Shown here one piece after another: positions 21,418-30,472 of a DNA stretch of 64,000 nt; within the stretch, counting starts at the first letter, position 1, and every line of letters begins with the position of its first letter. The stretch is from an uncultured Actinomycetota bacterium (GTDB lineage: Bacteria > Actinomycetota > Actinomycetes > Mycobacteriales > SCTD01): positions 8,725-72,724 of the forward strand of contig CAVSEK010000006.1 in the NCBI GenBank assembly GCA_963726975.1. Direction: 5' to 3'. A program made the translations under genes and the position numbers. Under the pieces are notes generated by a model. It searched no databases. It was not told the DNA's origin and was given only the letters and a program-made list of their open reading frames with translations.

Positions 21418-22188
21418 TTAGCGAGGTGTCGGGGCGTAGAGCGGTCGCAGCCAGCGCGGCGGGGCGAACGGCCGCCACTGGCCGTCGGGCTGGGCGAGCC
21501 GGTCGGCGACGGCCCACAGCACGGCGGGGTGGTGGCCGAGGCCCAGGTGGCTGCCGTGGACGGCGATGTTCTCCGCGGTCGCCGACGGCGTCTCCAGGCT
21601 GGTGCGCCACGAGACGATCCCGTCCTGCTTGGACCAGATCGAGGTGGCCGGCACCGGCAGCGGGCCGCGCACGTCCGGCGGGATCGGCAGCCCCTGACCG
21701 GGGGCGTGGCGGTGGGCGTGCTTGTCGTACGCCTTCTGCGCCCGCGTCTGGGTCGGTGCCTCCATGGCGAACGGGGTGCCGAGCGTGATCACCGAGCGGA
21801 CGAGGTCGGGCCGCTCGGAGGCCGCGGCGCGGGCGTAGATGCCGCCGAGCGACCAGCCGACGACCGAGACCGGACCGTCGTAGCGGCGGGTCAGCTGGTC
21901 GATGCGGGCGCGCAGGCCGTCGACGACCTCCTGCGTCGGGCCGAGGTTGCGCCCGAGCAGCCAGCCGTGGACGCGGAAGCCGCGGCGCAGCAGGAACGAG
22001 CGGATCGGGCGGGTCGACAGGTCGCCGGCGAGCAGGCCGGGCAGCACGAGCACCGGTCGGCCGTCGCCGTGCGCGGCGGTGCGCATCATCCGCAGCGTCA
22101 GCGGCCAGGCCGCCAGGCCGAGCGCGGCACGGGCCGGGTCGGTGGCGTAGAGCAGGTCGTTCGGCGGGGCCAGGGCAGGGGCGGGCAC
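21418..22188 (-). CDS. alpha/beta fold hydrolase
   Basis: GTG 22188 has GGAGGA 5 nt upstream. PVLVLPGLLAGD, the nucleophile elbow VVGWSLGG and a C-terminal His region (HGSHLGLGHH). Confidence 0.75.
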   Translation of the reverse strand: MPAPALAPPNDLLYATDPARAALGLAAWPLTLRMMRTAAHGDGRPVLVLPGLLAGDLSTRPIRSFLLRRGFRVHGWLLGRNLGPTQEVVDGLRARIDQLTRRYDGPVSVVGWSLGGIYARAAASERPDLVRSVITLGTPFAMEAPTQTRAQKAYDKHAHRHAPGQGLPIPPDVRGPLPVPATSIWSKQDGIVSWRTSLETPSATAENIAVHGSHLGLGHHPAVLWAVADRLAQPDGQWRPFAPPRWLRPLYAPTPR

Positions 22189-22229
22189 GGGGGTCCTCCG
22201 GGGTCGGGGCCAGGACGGCAGGGAGGGGC

Positions 22230-23384
22230 TCACAGCCGGCCGTACTCCCAGTGCCACGGCTCGGGTCGTCCCCCGCCGGGCTCGGCCCACGCCGGGTGCA
22301 CCCACCCGAAGGTTGCCGCGTGAGCGGCCATCCACACGTGCGCCGCGCCGTCGAACCGCTCCACGCCGCCGCACAGGTCCACCGCGAGGCCGCGCCCGTG
22401 GTTGCTCGTGCCCGGCACGGCGGCCAGCCCGGGCTTGACCTTGAACAGCCGCACCTGCTCCGGGTAGCTGCGGTAGGAGTCGGTGAGGCACAGCCCGGTG
22501 CCGGTCTCGGCGGCGTGCGCCCGGCTCATCGCGTCGAAGGCCCGGGCGGCGTCGGCCTGCAGCCGGTGCCGGGGAGCGGTGGCCAGCGGGCAGAGCGCGG
22601 CGTCCGGGACGAAGCCGTTGGCGTACGCGCCGGTCGACGTCCCGCTGCAGGGCGGGCCCGCGGCCGTCGGCAGCCAGGGCACGACGGGGTCGGGGTTGCC
22701 GGCGCGGACGGCCGCCGCAGCGGCCGCCGCGGCCGCCCGGTCGCGCTCGACCTGGCGGGCGTCGACGAGGCGCGCCGCGGCGTCGAGCAGCGCGGTCTGC
22801 GTGCGGTCGGCGAGCTCGGTCACGGCCTGCCGCTCGGCCTCGGTCCGGCGGGCGAGCTCGCTCGTCGCGGACCGGCGGGCGGCGAGGGTGCCGGCGTCCG
22901 CGTCGGCCTGCGCGACGGCGGCGTTCGCGGCGTGCAGGGCGTCGGCGCTGGCGTCCTGGACGCGGGCGAGCAGCACCCGGCCGGCCAGCGCGTCGGTCGC
23001 CCCGCCCCCGGCCGGACCGGACAGCAGGCGCAGTCCCGCGGGCACCGGGTCGGTGTAGCGGGCCAGCACGACCCGGCGCACCGCGGTCCCGGCGGCGACG
23101 CGCTGCGCGGCGCTGGCCTCGGCGGCCCGCTCTGCGGCGACCGCGTCCGCGACGCTGCCGGCCAGCTCGGTCTGCGACCGCTCGAGCGCCGCGGTGGCCG
23201 CGGTGAGCTGCGCGGCGACGTCGTCGACCCGGGCCTGCAGCGCCGCGACCCGGGCCTGCGCGGTGGCGACGTCGTCGGCGGAGGCGGGGGTCGCCGTGGT
23301 GCCGACGAGCACGGCGAGCAGGCCGACCGCCGCCACGACCGCCGCCGAGACCGCGCTCAGCGGGCGGGCGGGCGGCAGCGGCAC
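22230..23384 (-). CDS. secreted M15 (VanY-type) D-alanyl-D-alanine carboxypeptidase family protein with an N-terminal coiled coil
   Basis: Signal/TM segment LSAVSAAVVAAVGLLAVLVG, an Ala-rich coiled coil, then the VanY motifs SYRSYPEQ and SNHGRGLAVD and a C-terminal HWEY. Confidence 0.8.
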   Translation of the reverse strand: MPLPPARPLSAVSAAVVAAVGLLAVLVGTTATPASADDVATAQARVAALQARVDDVAAQLTAATAALERSQTELAGSVADAVAAERAAEASAAQRVAAGTAVRRVVLARYTDPVPAGLRLLSGPAGGGATDALAGRVLLARVQDASADALHAANAAVAQADADAGTLAARRSATSELARRTEAERQAVTELADRTQTALLDAAARLVDARQVERDRAAAAAAAAAVRAGNPDPVVPWLPTAAGPPCSGTSTGAYANGFVPDAALCPLATAPRHRLQADAARAFDAMSRAHAAETGTGLCLTDSYRSYPEQVRLFKVKPGLAAVPGTSNHGRGLAVDLCGGVERFDGAAHVWMAAHAATFGWVHPAWAEPGGGRPEPWHWEYGRL

Positions 23385-23441
23385 GTCGGGAGGATCGACG
23401 CGCGCCGACCGGACCTGTAGCGCGGGCCGTACGGTGCCGCC

Positions 23442-23810
23442 GTGCCCGAGCAGCCCGAGACGCAGCCCGGCGGGACCGGACCGGAGGAGCCGGACTACCG
23501 CTTCACGCTCGCCAACGAGCGGACCTTCCTCGCCTGGCTGCGCACGGCGCTCGCCCTGCTGGCCGCGGGCGTGGCCGTGCCGGCGCTCGTCGACCCGGCG
23601 CAGCCGACCTGGGCGCGCAGCGGGCTGAGCCTGCTCTGCCTCGTCATGAGCGTCGTCGCGGCCGTCGGCGGGGTCCTGCGCTGGCGGGCCGTCGACGCGG
23701 CGGTGCGCCGCTCGGCGGCGCTGCCGCTGCTGCGGCTGCCCTGGCTGCTCACCGCCGCCTTCGTCGCGCTCGCGGCGGGCGGCGTCGTCCTGCTCGTGGG
23801 GCGGTCGTGA
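23442..23810 (+). CDS. DUF202 (YidH-like) membrane protein
   Basis: LANERTFLAWLRTALAL motif followed by three TM helices. The stop overlaps the next start (GTGA at 23807-23810). Confidence 0.8.
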   Translation: MPEQPETQPGGTGPEEPDYRFTLANERTFLAWLRTALALLAAGVAVPALVDPAQPTWARSGLSLLCLVMSVVAAVGGVLRWRAVDAAVRRSAALPLLRLPWLLTAAFVALAAGGVVLLVGRS

Positions 23811-24125
23811 GGACCCCCGGGCCGGTCGGGCTGCCGGGCGAGCGGACCTCGCTGGCCTGGGACCGCACGGCGCTGGCCCTGCTCGGTGAGTCGGCGCTGC
23901 TGCTCGTGCGCGACCGCGACGGGACCGGGCCGGTGCTCGCCGCCGCGGCCCTCGTGCTCGCGCTGGTCGCCGCCGGGGTCGCCCGCGGTCGCGACCGCGC
24001 GCTGCGCTCGGGCGCCCGCACCCGTGCGCGCACCCGCCGGGCCGAGGTGGCTCGGCCTCGGCCTGGCCGTCGGCGGGCTCGCCGCTGCGGCGGCGGTCGC
24101 CGAGCTCGTACGGCTGAGCGGCTGA
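23807..24125 (+). pseudogene. second DUF202 membrane protein; probable single frameshift near 24040
   Basis: GERTSLAWDRTALALLG and one TM helix lie in ORF 23807..24133. The last TM helix (WLGLGLAVGGLAAAAAVAELVRL) lies in the frame of ORF 23886..24125. Confidence 0.6.
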
Positions 24126-24145
24126 CCGGCTGAGCGGGTGAACGG

Positions 24146-24865
24146 GTGACTGACCGACCGGCTGAGCGCCGGGCCCGTCCAGCGGCGCCCGGTCGGCCCT
24201 GCTGGCGGCCGGTCGCGGCGCGTACCGTCGCTGTCGTGACCTCCCCTGACCCGGGCACGCCTGCCCGACGTCCGGGCCGCCCGGCGCGCTACCGCCTCGA
24301 CGAGCTCCTCGCCCTCGTGGTGCACGAGTTCAACGAGCGCGGGTACGACGCGACCACCATGGAGGACCTCGCCCGGGCCACCGGGCTCACCAAGTCGTCG
24401 ATCTACCACCACGTGTCCGGCAAGGAGGAGCTGCTCCGGCTGGCCGTGGGACGGGCGGTCGACGCGCTGTTCGCCGTGCTCGAGGAGCCGGCGAGCACGT
24501 CCGGCCGCGCGGTCGACCGGCTCGAGCACGTGGTCCGCCGGGGCGTCGAGGTGCTCGCCGAGCAGCTGCCGTACGTCACGCTGCTGCTGCGGGTGCGCGG
24601 CAACACCGGTGTGGAGCGCGAGGCGCTGGACCGGCGGCGCGAGTTCGACGGCCGGCTCGCCGAGCTGGTCCGCGCGGCCGCCGAGGAGGGCGACCTGCGC
24701 GCCGACCTCGACCCGCGCCTGGTGACCCGGCTGCTCTTCGGCACCGTCAACAGCCTCGTCGAGTGGTACCGCCCGTCGGGCGGGCACCCGGTCGCGGAGG
24801 TCGCCGACGCCGTGGTCGCCACCTGCTTCGGGGGTCTCGTCCGGCAGCCGGCGGGTGTGGCGTGA
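24146..24865 (+). CDS. TetR/AcrR family transcriptional regulator
   Basis: HTH region ...FNERGYDATTMEDLARATGLTKSSIYHHVSGKEELL.... The start is uncertain: GTG 24146 (longest) or GTG 24236. Confidence 0.85.
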   Translation: MTDRPAERRARPAAPGRPCWRPVAARTVAVVTSPDPGTPARRPGRPARYRLDELLALVVHEFNERGYDATTMEDLARATGLTKSSIYHHVSGKEELLRLAVGRAVDALFAVLEEPASTSGRAVDRLEHVVRRGVEVLAEQLPYVTLLLRVRGNTGVEREALDRRREFDGRLAELVRAAAEEGDLRADLDPRLVTRLLFGTVNSLVEWYRPSGGHPVAEVADAVVATCFGGLVRQPAGVA

Positions 24866-25721
24866 GGCGCGGGTCCCCCGGGACGGGCAGCGGCTCACAG
24901 GGACGGTCACAGGGACGGTCACGGTGGTCGCGGTGGTGGCGGCGCTGCTGCCGCTGCTCGCCGCCCCCGCCGCGCAGGCTGCCCCCGCTCCGGTCGTGCA
25001 GGGCCGGTGGCCGCTGGCGACGCTGGTCGAGCGCGACGGGGTCCTCACCACGCCCGCCACGGTCGCGGGCCGGGAAGGCACGGACGACGGGGTGCTGGCG
25101 CCGGGCACGACGGTCCGCACGACCCAGGGCATCGCGGCCGCCGACAGCGCCGCGCTGTACTTCCCCGGCTGGGACGACGGCAGCCCCGACGACGGCACCG
25201 TGTCGCCCGACGCCAGCCAGGTCGTCGTCCCGGACCGGTCGTCCTTCGACCCGCAGGGCCGCCGCTTCCTCGTCAGCGTCGACGTGCGCCCGCGCACGCC
25301 GCGGGTGCGCGGCGAGTCGCCCAACATCGTGCAGAAGGGCCGGGTCGACCAGGGCAACACGCACGAGTGGAAGATCTCCGTGCTCGACGACCTCACCCCG
25401 GTGTGCACCTTCCGCGGGTGGCAGTCGCGCGACGACCACCGGCTGCGGGCGGTCAGCGCCTTCGGCAGCGTCCGGATGGTGGCCGGCGAGCCCTACCGCC
25501 TCGAGTGCGGGCTCGCCGCCGGGCGGGCCACGCTGCGCGTGCTGCGGCTGTCCGGCGCCAGCGCGGAGGTGGTGCAGACCCGCCGCTCCCGCGAGCAGTG
25601 GTCGGCGCTGTGGGTCGTGCCGGACGACGTCGTGTCCATCGGCAAGAAGCCCCGCGACACGACCAGCGGCGACACCTACGCCGGCGACATCGCCGGCCTG
25701 GTGATCACGCGCTGGCAGTAG
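24855..25721 (+). CDS. secreted hypothetical protein (possibly a LamG/concanavalin-like fold)
   Basis: Signal peptide VAVVAALLPLLAAPAAQAAP. The 288-aa GC3-rich ORF overlaps the TetR stop by 11 nt. I see no diagnostic motif, and the fold guess is weak. Confidence 0.55.
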   Translation: MWREARVPRDGQRLTGTVTGTVTVVAVVAALLPLLAAPAAQAAPAPVVQGRWPLATLVERDGVLTTPATVAGREGTDDGVLAPGTTVRTTQGIAAADSAALYFPGWDDGSPDDGTVSPDASQVVVPDRSSFDPQGRRFLVSVDVRPRTPRVRGESPNIVQKGRVDQGNTHEWKISVLDDLTPVCTFRGWQSRDDHRLRAVSAFGSVRMVAGEPYRLECGLAAGRATLRVLRLSGASAEVVQTRRSREQWSALWVVPDDVVSIGKKPRDTTSGDTYAGDIAGLVITRWQ

Positions 25722-26147
25722 GCCGGCGGACCGCGGCCGGCTCGACCCGCTCGCCGCAGCCGCCGCAGACCATGACCGCGCCGAGCTCGGCGCCGCACTC
25801 GTGCTCGAGCACCAGCGGAGGACCCTCCGGACCCACCCGGTGCTTGTCGCCCCACTCCTTGAGGGCGAGCACGACCGGGTAGAGGTCGCGCCCGGCCGGG
25901 GTCAGGACGTACTCCTCGCGGGGCGGGCGCGTGCTGTACGGCCGCTTGGCGAGGACGCCGTGCTCGACGAGCGTGCGCAGCCGCTGCGCGAGGGTGTCGC
26001 GGGGGCGCCGGTGCGGGCGACCATCTGGTCGAAGCGCCGGACGCCCAGGAACACCTCGCGCACGGCCAGCAGCGCCCACTTCTCCCCGACGACGTCGAGG
26101 GTGCGCGCGACCGAGCAGGTGCGGGGGTGGGTCGCCGTGCTCGTCAC
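25705..26147 (-). pseudogene. HxlR-family winged-helix regulator; one frameshift at a G5 homopolymer
   Basis: CSVARTLDVVGEKWALLAVREVFLGVRRFDQMVARTGAP lies in the frame of ORF 25902..27020. RDTLAQRLRTLVEHGVLAKRPYSTRPPREEYVLTPAGRDL lies in the frame of ORF 25705..27498. Adding one G to the run at 26001-26005 restores ...TGAPRDTLA.... Confidence 0.82.
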
Positions 26148-26244
26148 AGGAGGAGCGTAGCGCAGAAGGTCGACTTCCCGGACGGACTCGGCTACGGTCC
26201 GTCCAGATCCCGGACCGACTTGCCGGGCAGAGCGGGGGTGCTCC

Positions 26245-27729
26245 GTGACGGACAGGGCGAGCAGGACGACCGAGGAGCAGCGTCCGGTGCCGGGCGGCCC
26301 GGTGGAGGGCACCGCGGTCGAGCCCGGGCCGCTGGCCGGGCGGGGGCTGTCGCTGGCGATCGGGGTGCTGTCGGCGGCGACGTTCCTCACCAGCCTCGAC
26401 CTGTTCATCGTCAACCTCGCGTTCCCGTCGATCGCGGCGGAGAACCCGGGGACGACGACCGCTGCGCTCAGCTGGGTGCTCAACGCGTACACCGTCGTCT
26501 TCGCCGCCACGATGGTCCCGGCGGGCCGGTTCGCCGACCGGCTGGGGCGCCGCCGGCTGTTCGTCGTGGGACTCGCGCTGTTCACCGCGGGGTCGGCGGC
26601 GTGCGCGGTCGCCCCGGGGGTCGGCCTGCTCGTCGCGGCCCGCGTGCTCCAGGCCGTCGGGGCCGGGATGCTCGTGCCGACCTCGCTGTCGCTGCTGCTC
26701 ACCGTGGTGCCGCCCGAGGGGCGGGCCCGGGCGATCGGCACCTGGGCGGCCGTCGGCGGCTCCGCGGCGGCGGTCGGGCCGGTCGTCGGCGGGCTGCTCG
26801 TGGGCGTCGACTGGCGCCTGGTCTTCTGGGTCAACGTGCCGATCGGCGTCGCGGCGCTCGTCCTCGCCGCCCGCCTGCTGCCCGAGAGCCGCGACCCCCG
26901 GCCCGGCCCGCGCCCGGACGTGCTCGGCGCGGGGCTGCTCGCCGCCGCGGTCGCGCTGGCGGCTCTCGCCCTCGTCCGGGGGCCCGACGTCGGCTGGGCG
27001 TCGCTCGCCACCGTCGGCACGCTCGCCGCGGCGGCGCTCGCCCTCGCCCTGCTGGCGCGCCGGTCGGCCCGTCACCCGGCCCCGGTCGTGGACGGCGCGC
27101 TCCTGCGCAGCCCGGCCCTGCGCGGCGCGTCGATCGCGTCGCTGGCGTACTACCTGGGGTTCGCCGCGTACCTCCTGAACCTCGTCACCTTCCTCACCGG
27201 TGTCTGGGGGCACTCGGCGGTGCGGGCCGGGCTGGAGATCGCGCCGGGACCGCTCATGGTCCTGCCGTTCGCGCGGATCGTCGCCCCTCGCCTGCTCCGC
27301 CCGCTCGGCGGCCCGGCGCGGGTCGCGGCGCTCGGCTGCCTCGTCGGGGTCGGCGCGCAGGGCCTGTGGTGGGCGTTCCTGCAGGCCGAGCCGGCGTACG
27401 CCACCACCCTGCTCCCCGCCCAGCTGCTCGGCGGCGCGGGCGTCGGACTGGTGATCCCGTCGCTCATCGGCGCCGGGACCGCGACGCTGGCCGCTCACGA
27501 GGTGGGCGCCGGCAGCGGGGTGCTCAACACCGCCCGGCAGTCGGGCCTGGTGCTGGGGGTCGCCGGCCTGGTCGCCGTCCTGGGGGCCAGCGGCAGCGCG
27601 TTGTCGGGAGCGCGCGCCGGCGTGCTTCTCGCGCTGGCGGCCTTCGCCGTGGCCGGCGGGCTGTGCCTGCTCGCCGGGCGGGTCCCGCGCCCGGCCGCGC
27701 TGCCCGAACCGCTGGGCGTCGCGGCCTGA
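26245..27729 (+). CDS. MFS transporter, DHA2 (EmrB/QacA) type, 14 TM
   Basis: 494-aa intact ORF with ...FLTSLDLFIVNLAFPSI..., ...GRFADRLGRRRLF... and ...LVFWVNVPIG.... Divergent from the HxlR gene. Confidence 0.85.
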   Translation: MTDRASRTTEEQRPVPGGPVEGTAVEPGPLAGRGLSLAIGVLSAATFLTSLDLFIVNLAFPSIAAENPGTTTAALSWVLNAYTVVFAATMVPAGRFADRLGRRRLFVVGLALFTAGSAACAVAPGVGLLVAARVLQAVGAGMLVPTSLSLLLTVVPPEGRARAIGTWAAVGGSAAAVGPVVGGLLVGVDWRLVFWVNVPIGVAALVLAARLLPESRDPRPGPRPDVLGAGLLAAAVALAALALVRGPDVGWASLATVGTLAAAALALALLARRSARHPAPVVDGALLRSPALRGASIASLAYYLGFAAYLLNLVTFLTGVWGHSAVRAGLEIAPGPLMVLPFARIVAPRLLRPLGGPARVAALGCLVGVGAQGLWWAFLQAEPAYATTLLPAQLLGGAGVGLVIPSLIGAGTATLAAHEVGAGSGVLNTARQSGLVLGVAGLVAVLGASGSALSGARAGVLLALAAFAVAGGLCLLAGRVPRPAALPEPLGVAA

Positions 27730-27736
27730 CCGCTCG

Positions 27737-27757
27737 CCCCCCTGTGCGTCAGGGGGG
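27737..27757 (+). terminator. hairpin after the MFS gene
   Basis: cccccctg-tgcgt-cagggggg is a perfect 8-bp G/C stem starting 8 nt after the stop at 27729. No T-tract. Confidence 0.5.
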
Positions 27758-27962
27758 TGGTCGGGTGCGGCGCAGTCCGGTGGGGCTGGTCCAGGTGGTG
27801 GTGCCGTCGGGGCCGGGGGGTGTGGGCAGGTCGGTGGCGAGCTGGCGGAGCAGGTCGGCGGCGCTCGGCGAGCGGTCCGCGAACGTCACCACACCGTCAG
27901 GTCCGACCCGTGTCGCCCCGAGTGATCGCGGGCAGTGCTCGGGTGACGGAGGGCGGTGCCAG

Positions 27963-28085
27963 GTGGACTGGTGGCAGTGGTCGGTTCTCGTGCTCGTGGT
28001 GCTCGCCGTGCTGGTCGCGGGGTTCATCGCTCTGCAGGCCAAGCGGCGCCGCGGCGGCGTCATCACCGACAAGGGCCGGCGGTGA
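27963..28085 (+). CDS. 40-aa single-pass membrane peptide, translationally coupled to the first PRC-barrel gene
   Basis: VDWWQWSVLVLVVLAVLVAGFIALQAKRRRGGVITDKGRR. GGAGGG lies about 10 nt upstream of GTG 27963, and nearly all third positions are G/C. The stop TGA (28083-85) overlaps GTG 28082 of the next gene. Confidence 0.5.
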   Translation: MDWWQWSVLVLVVLAVLVAGFIALQAKRRRGGVITDKGRR

Positions 28086-28660
28086 GCCTGCTCGTCCGGG
28101 CCCGCGAGGTGCTCGGCCGCCCGGTGGTGACGCTGGCCGGCGAGGACGTCGCGCAGGTCAAGGACGTCGTCTACGCCGCGGGCAACGGCGAGGTGGCCGG
28201 CTTCACGCTCGCCGGCCGGGGCCTGCTCGCCGGTCCGCTCAAGACGGCGCTGCCCTGGTCCGGGGTGCACGCGCTCGGGCGGGACGCCCTGGTGGTCGCC
28301 GACGAGAGCGCGCTCGTCGCCCGCGACGAGGTGCTGGCCCGCTCCGGCTCGGGCGACGGCAGCGGCGACGTGCTCGGCTCGCGGGTGCTCACCGACACCG
28401 GCATCGACCTCGGCGAGGTCGTCGACGTCGTGGTCGACGTGCGTCGCGGCGCCGACGTGGTCGGCTACGAGATCGACTCGAGCAGCGCGCTGGGCAAGGA
28501 GGGCCGCCGGCTGCTCGTGCCCCTGCCCGACACCCTGGCCGTCTCGAAGGAGGCCCTCGTCGTGCCCGCGTCCGCGGTCGAGTTCGTGTCCGACGACCTG
28601 TCGGGCTTCGGCGCGGCGGTCGACGAGTTCCGGGCCCGTCTCGCCGGCGGAGGTGCCTGA
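28082..28660 (+). CDS. PRC-barrel domain protein (two PRC-like halves)
   Basis: VSLLVRAREVLGRPVVTLAGEDVAQVKDVVYAAGNGEVAGFTL... is repeated as ...VLGSRVLTDTGIDLGEVVDVVVDVRRGADVVGYEI.... This is the 3' part of ORF 27956..28660. Confidence 0.72.
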   Translation: MSLLVRAREVLGRPVVTLAGEDVAQVKDVVYAAGNGEVAGFTLAGRGLLAGPLKTALPWSGVHALGRDALVVADESALVARDEVLARSGSGDGSGDVLGSRVLTDTGIDLGEVVDVVVDVRRGADVVGYEIDSSSALGKEGRRLLVPLPDTLAVSKEALVVPASAVEFVSDDLSGFGAAVDEFRARLAGGGA

Positions 28661-29106
28661 TGCGCTTCACCGACAGCCGCGGCCGCAAGGTCCTCGACAC
28701 CTCCACCGCCGTGACGCTCGGCAAGGTGGACGGCTTCGTCGTCGACCCGACCACGCGTCGGGTCGTCGCCGTCGAGGTCAAGGTCAAGGGCGACGCCGAC
28801 GTCCTGCCCTGGGAGTCCCTCACCGGCTTCGGGCCGGACGCGGTGACCGTGCCCGACGACAGCGCCCTCGTGGCCGCCGAGGGGCGGGTGGCGGAGCTGC
28901 GCGGCAAGCCGCACGCCCTGCTCAAGAAGCGCGTGCTCACCGAGGACGGCGACGAGCTCGGCAAGGTCAGCGACGTCGAGTTCGACCCCGCCTCCGGCGA
29001 GGTCACCGGGCTGCTGGTCACGGCCGACCGCACGGAGTCGACGGTCGACGGGGCGCGGCTGCTGGGCGCGGGGTCGTACGCCGTGGTCGTGCGCCGGGAG
29101 ACCTGA
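28660..29106 (+). CDS. PRC-barrel domain protein
   Basis: ATG 28660 overlaps the previous stop (ATGA). RGRKVLDTSTAVTLGKVDGFVVDPTTRRVVAVEV... and ...LLKKRVLTEDGDELGKVSDVEFDPASGEVTGLLV.... This is the 3' part of ORF 27757..29106. Confidence 0.72.
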   Translation: MRFTDSRGRKVLDTSTAVTLGKVDGFVVDPTTRRVVAVEVKVKGDADVLPWESLTGFGPDAVTVPDDSALVAAEGRVAELRGKPHALLKKRVLTEDGDELGKVSDVEFDPASGEVTGLLVTADRTESTVDGARLLGAGSYAVVVRRET

Positions 29107-29140
29107 GACCGGCCTGACCGGACGGTCACGACTGCGTCAC

Positions 29141-29161
29141 GAGCGCTCCAGGGGAGCGCTC
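29141..29161 (+). terminator. hairpin after the PRC-barrel operon
   Basis: gagcgctcc-agg-ggagcgctc is a perfect 9-bp stem with a 3-nt loop, 35 nt after the stop at 29106. Confidence 0.45.
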
Positions 29162-29227
29162 GGCCGCCGAAGGTGGGACGAGCGCCGGCCGGCCCCGGTC
29201 GGCGCTGTCCACCGAAAGGACCCCTCC

Positions 29228-30472
29228 GTGCCCCGTCCGCGCCACCTGCTCGCCGCCGTCCTCGCCGGCTCCGCCCTGGCCGCCGTCTGCGCGCACCCGG
29301 CCGCCGCCGACGCGCCCGCCGCCGCCCCTCCCGCCGCTGAGCCCGCCGCTGAGCGTCCGGCCGCACCCTCGCCGGCCCAGGCGCTGCGCGCCGCCGTCGC
29401 GGGGGAGCCCACGGCGGCGCCGACCGCACGGCGGCCCTCCCACCCGGTCTCGGCACGCGCCCCGCGCGCCTCGGCGACGGGCACCCGCACCAGCGAGGTC
29501 TTCTTCGAGGGCGACGACGAGGTGCTCGAGGGCGGGCCCGTCGACGTGCAGGTCTACGTCGTGACCGGCGGCTGCTGCAGCGAGTACTCCTCCACGCCCA
29601 CCGGCACGCTGCACCTCGACGACCTCGCCCCCGACGGGACCACCGTCCCCGTCGAGGACGTGACGCTCGGCCCGACCGACGTCCCCGGCATCGCCGTCGT
29701 CGACGTGCAGCTGCCCGGCGGCCTGGCCGCGCAGCACGACCTGCTGGCGACGTACGCCGGGGACGAGGTCTTCGCCGCCGGCCCGCCGACCACCGGTGGC
29801 GTGGTCTTCCTGTCGCGCACCGACGCCGACCTGCGCTACCTGCAGCGGCTCTACGCCGACCTGCTCGGCCGCTTCCCCGACGACGACGGGCTGGCCTACT
29901 GGCGCTCGGTGCTGCGCTCGGGCGGCACCCCGGCCGACGCCGCGTGGAGCTTCGCGCGCTCGGCGGAGCTCGTCGACCTGGAGATCGAGCTGGCCTTCGC
30001 CGAGGTGCTGGGCTACGCGCCGTCGGAGTACGACCGCTCCGACTACCGGTCGTGCTTCGCCTCGGGCCGCTGCACGGTGCTGTCGATGGAGTCCGACCTG
30101 GCCTACCGGGCGCGGTGGTACGCCACCGCCCGGGACCCGGGCCCGTGGGTCGACCTGCTCTACCGCAACGTCCTGCGCCGCGAGCCCGACGCCGAGGGCC
30201 GGGCCTACTGGGTCGACCAGGCCACCTACCGCGGGCGCGGCACGCCGGCGACCGACCCCGGTGCCATCGCCCGGGCCTTCGTGTACTCCCTCGAGCGCCA
30301 GGGCCTGGTCGCCGACGACCTGTACGGCCAGGTGCTGCGTCGCGACGCCGATGCCGGTGGCCGCGCCTACTGGGCGCGAACGCTGGTGGCGGGCTACCCG
30401 CGCGAGCTGGTCCGCTACTCGATGGCCGTCTCGCCGGAGTACCGGACGGCGTTCACCCCCTCGGGGCGCTGA
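29228..30472 (+). CDS. secreted protein with an Ig-like N-region and three DUF4214-type repeats
   Basis: Signal peptide LLAAVLAGSALAAVCAHPAAA. Three copies of the LYxxxLGRxPDxxGxxYW-type motif: LYADLLGRFPDDDGLAYW, LYRNVLRREPDAEGRAYW and LYGQVLRRDADAGGRAYW. Confidence 0.75.
   Translation: MPRPRHLLAAVLAGSALAAVCAHPAAADAPAAAPPAAEPAAERPAAPSPAQALRAAVAGEPTAAPTARRPSHPVSARAPRASATGTRTSEVFFEGDDEVLEGGPVDVQVYVVTGGCCSEYSSTPTGTLHLDDLAPDGTTVPVEDVTLGPTDVPGIAVVDVQLPGGLAAQHDLLATYAGDEVFAAGPPTTGGVVFLSRTDADLRYLQRLYADLLGRFPDDDGLAYWRSVLRSGGTPADAAWSFARSAELVDLEIELAFAEVLGYAPSEYDRSDYRSCFASGRCTVLSMESDLAYRARWYATARDPGPWVDLLYRNVLRREPDAEGRAYWVDQATYRGRGTPATDPGAIARAFVYSLERQGLVADDLYGQVLRRDADAGGRAYWARTLVAGYPRELVRYSMAVSPEYRTAFTPSGR

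Noticed and set aside
27749-28270. 173-aa minus-strand ORF across the MFS/PRC intergenic region
   Set aside because: Most of it is antisense to the small-TM and PRC genes. Only the tail (about 27749-27930, ...GPDGVVTFADRSPSAADLLRQLATDLP...) lies in otherwise unassigned DNA. That tail might be a gene remnant, but I see no start, SD or motif.
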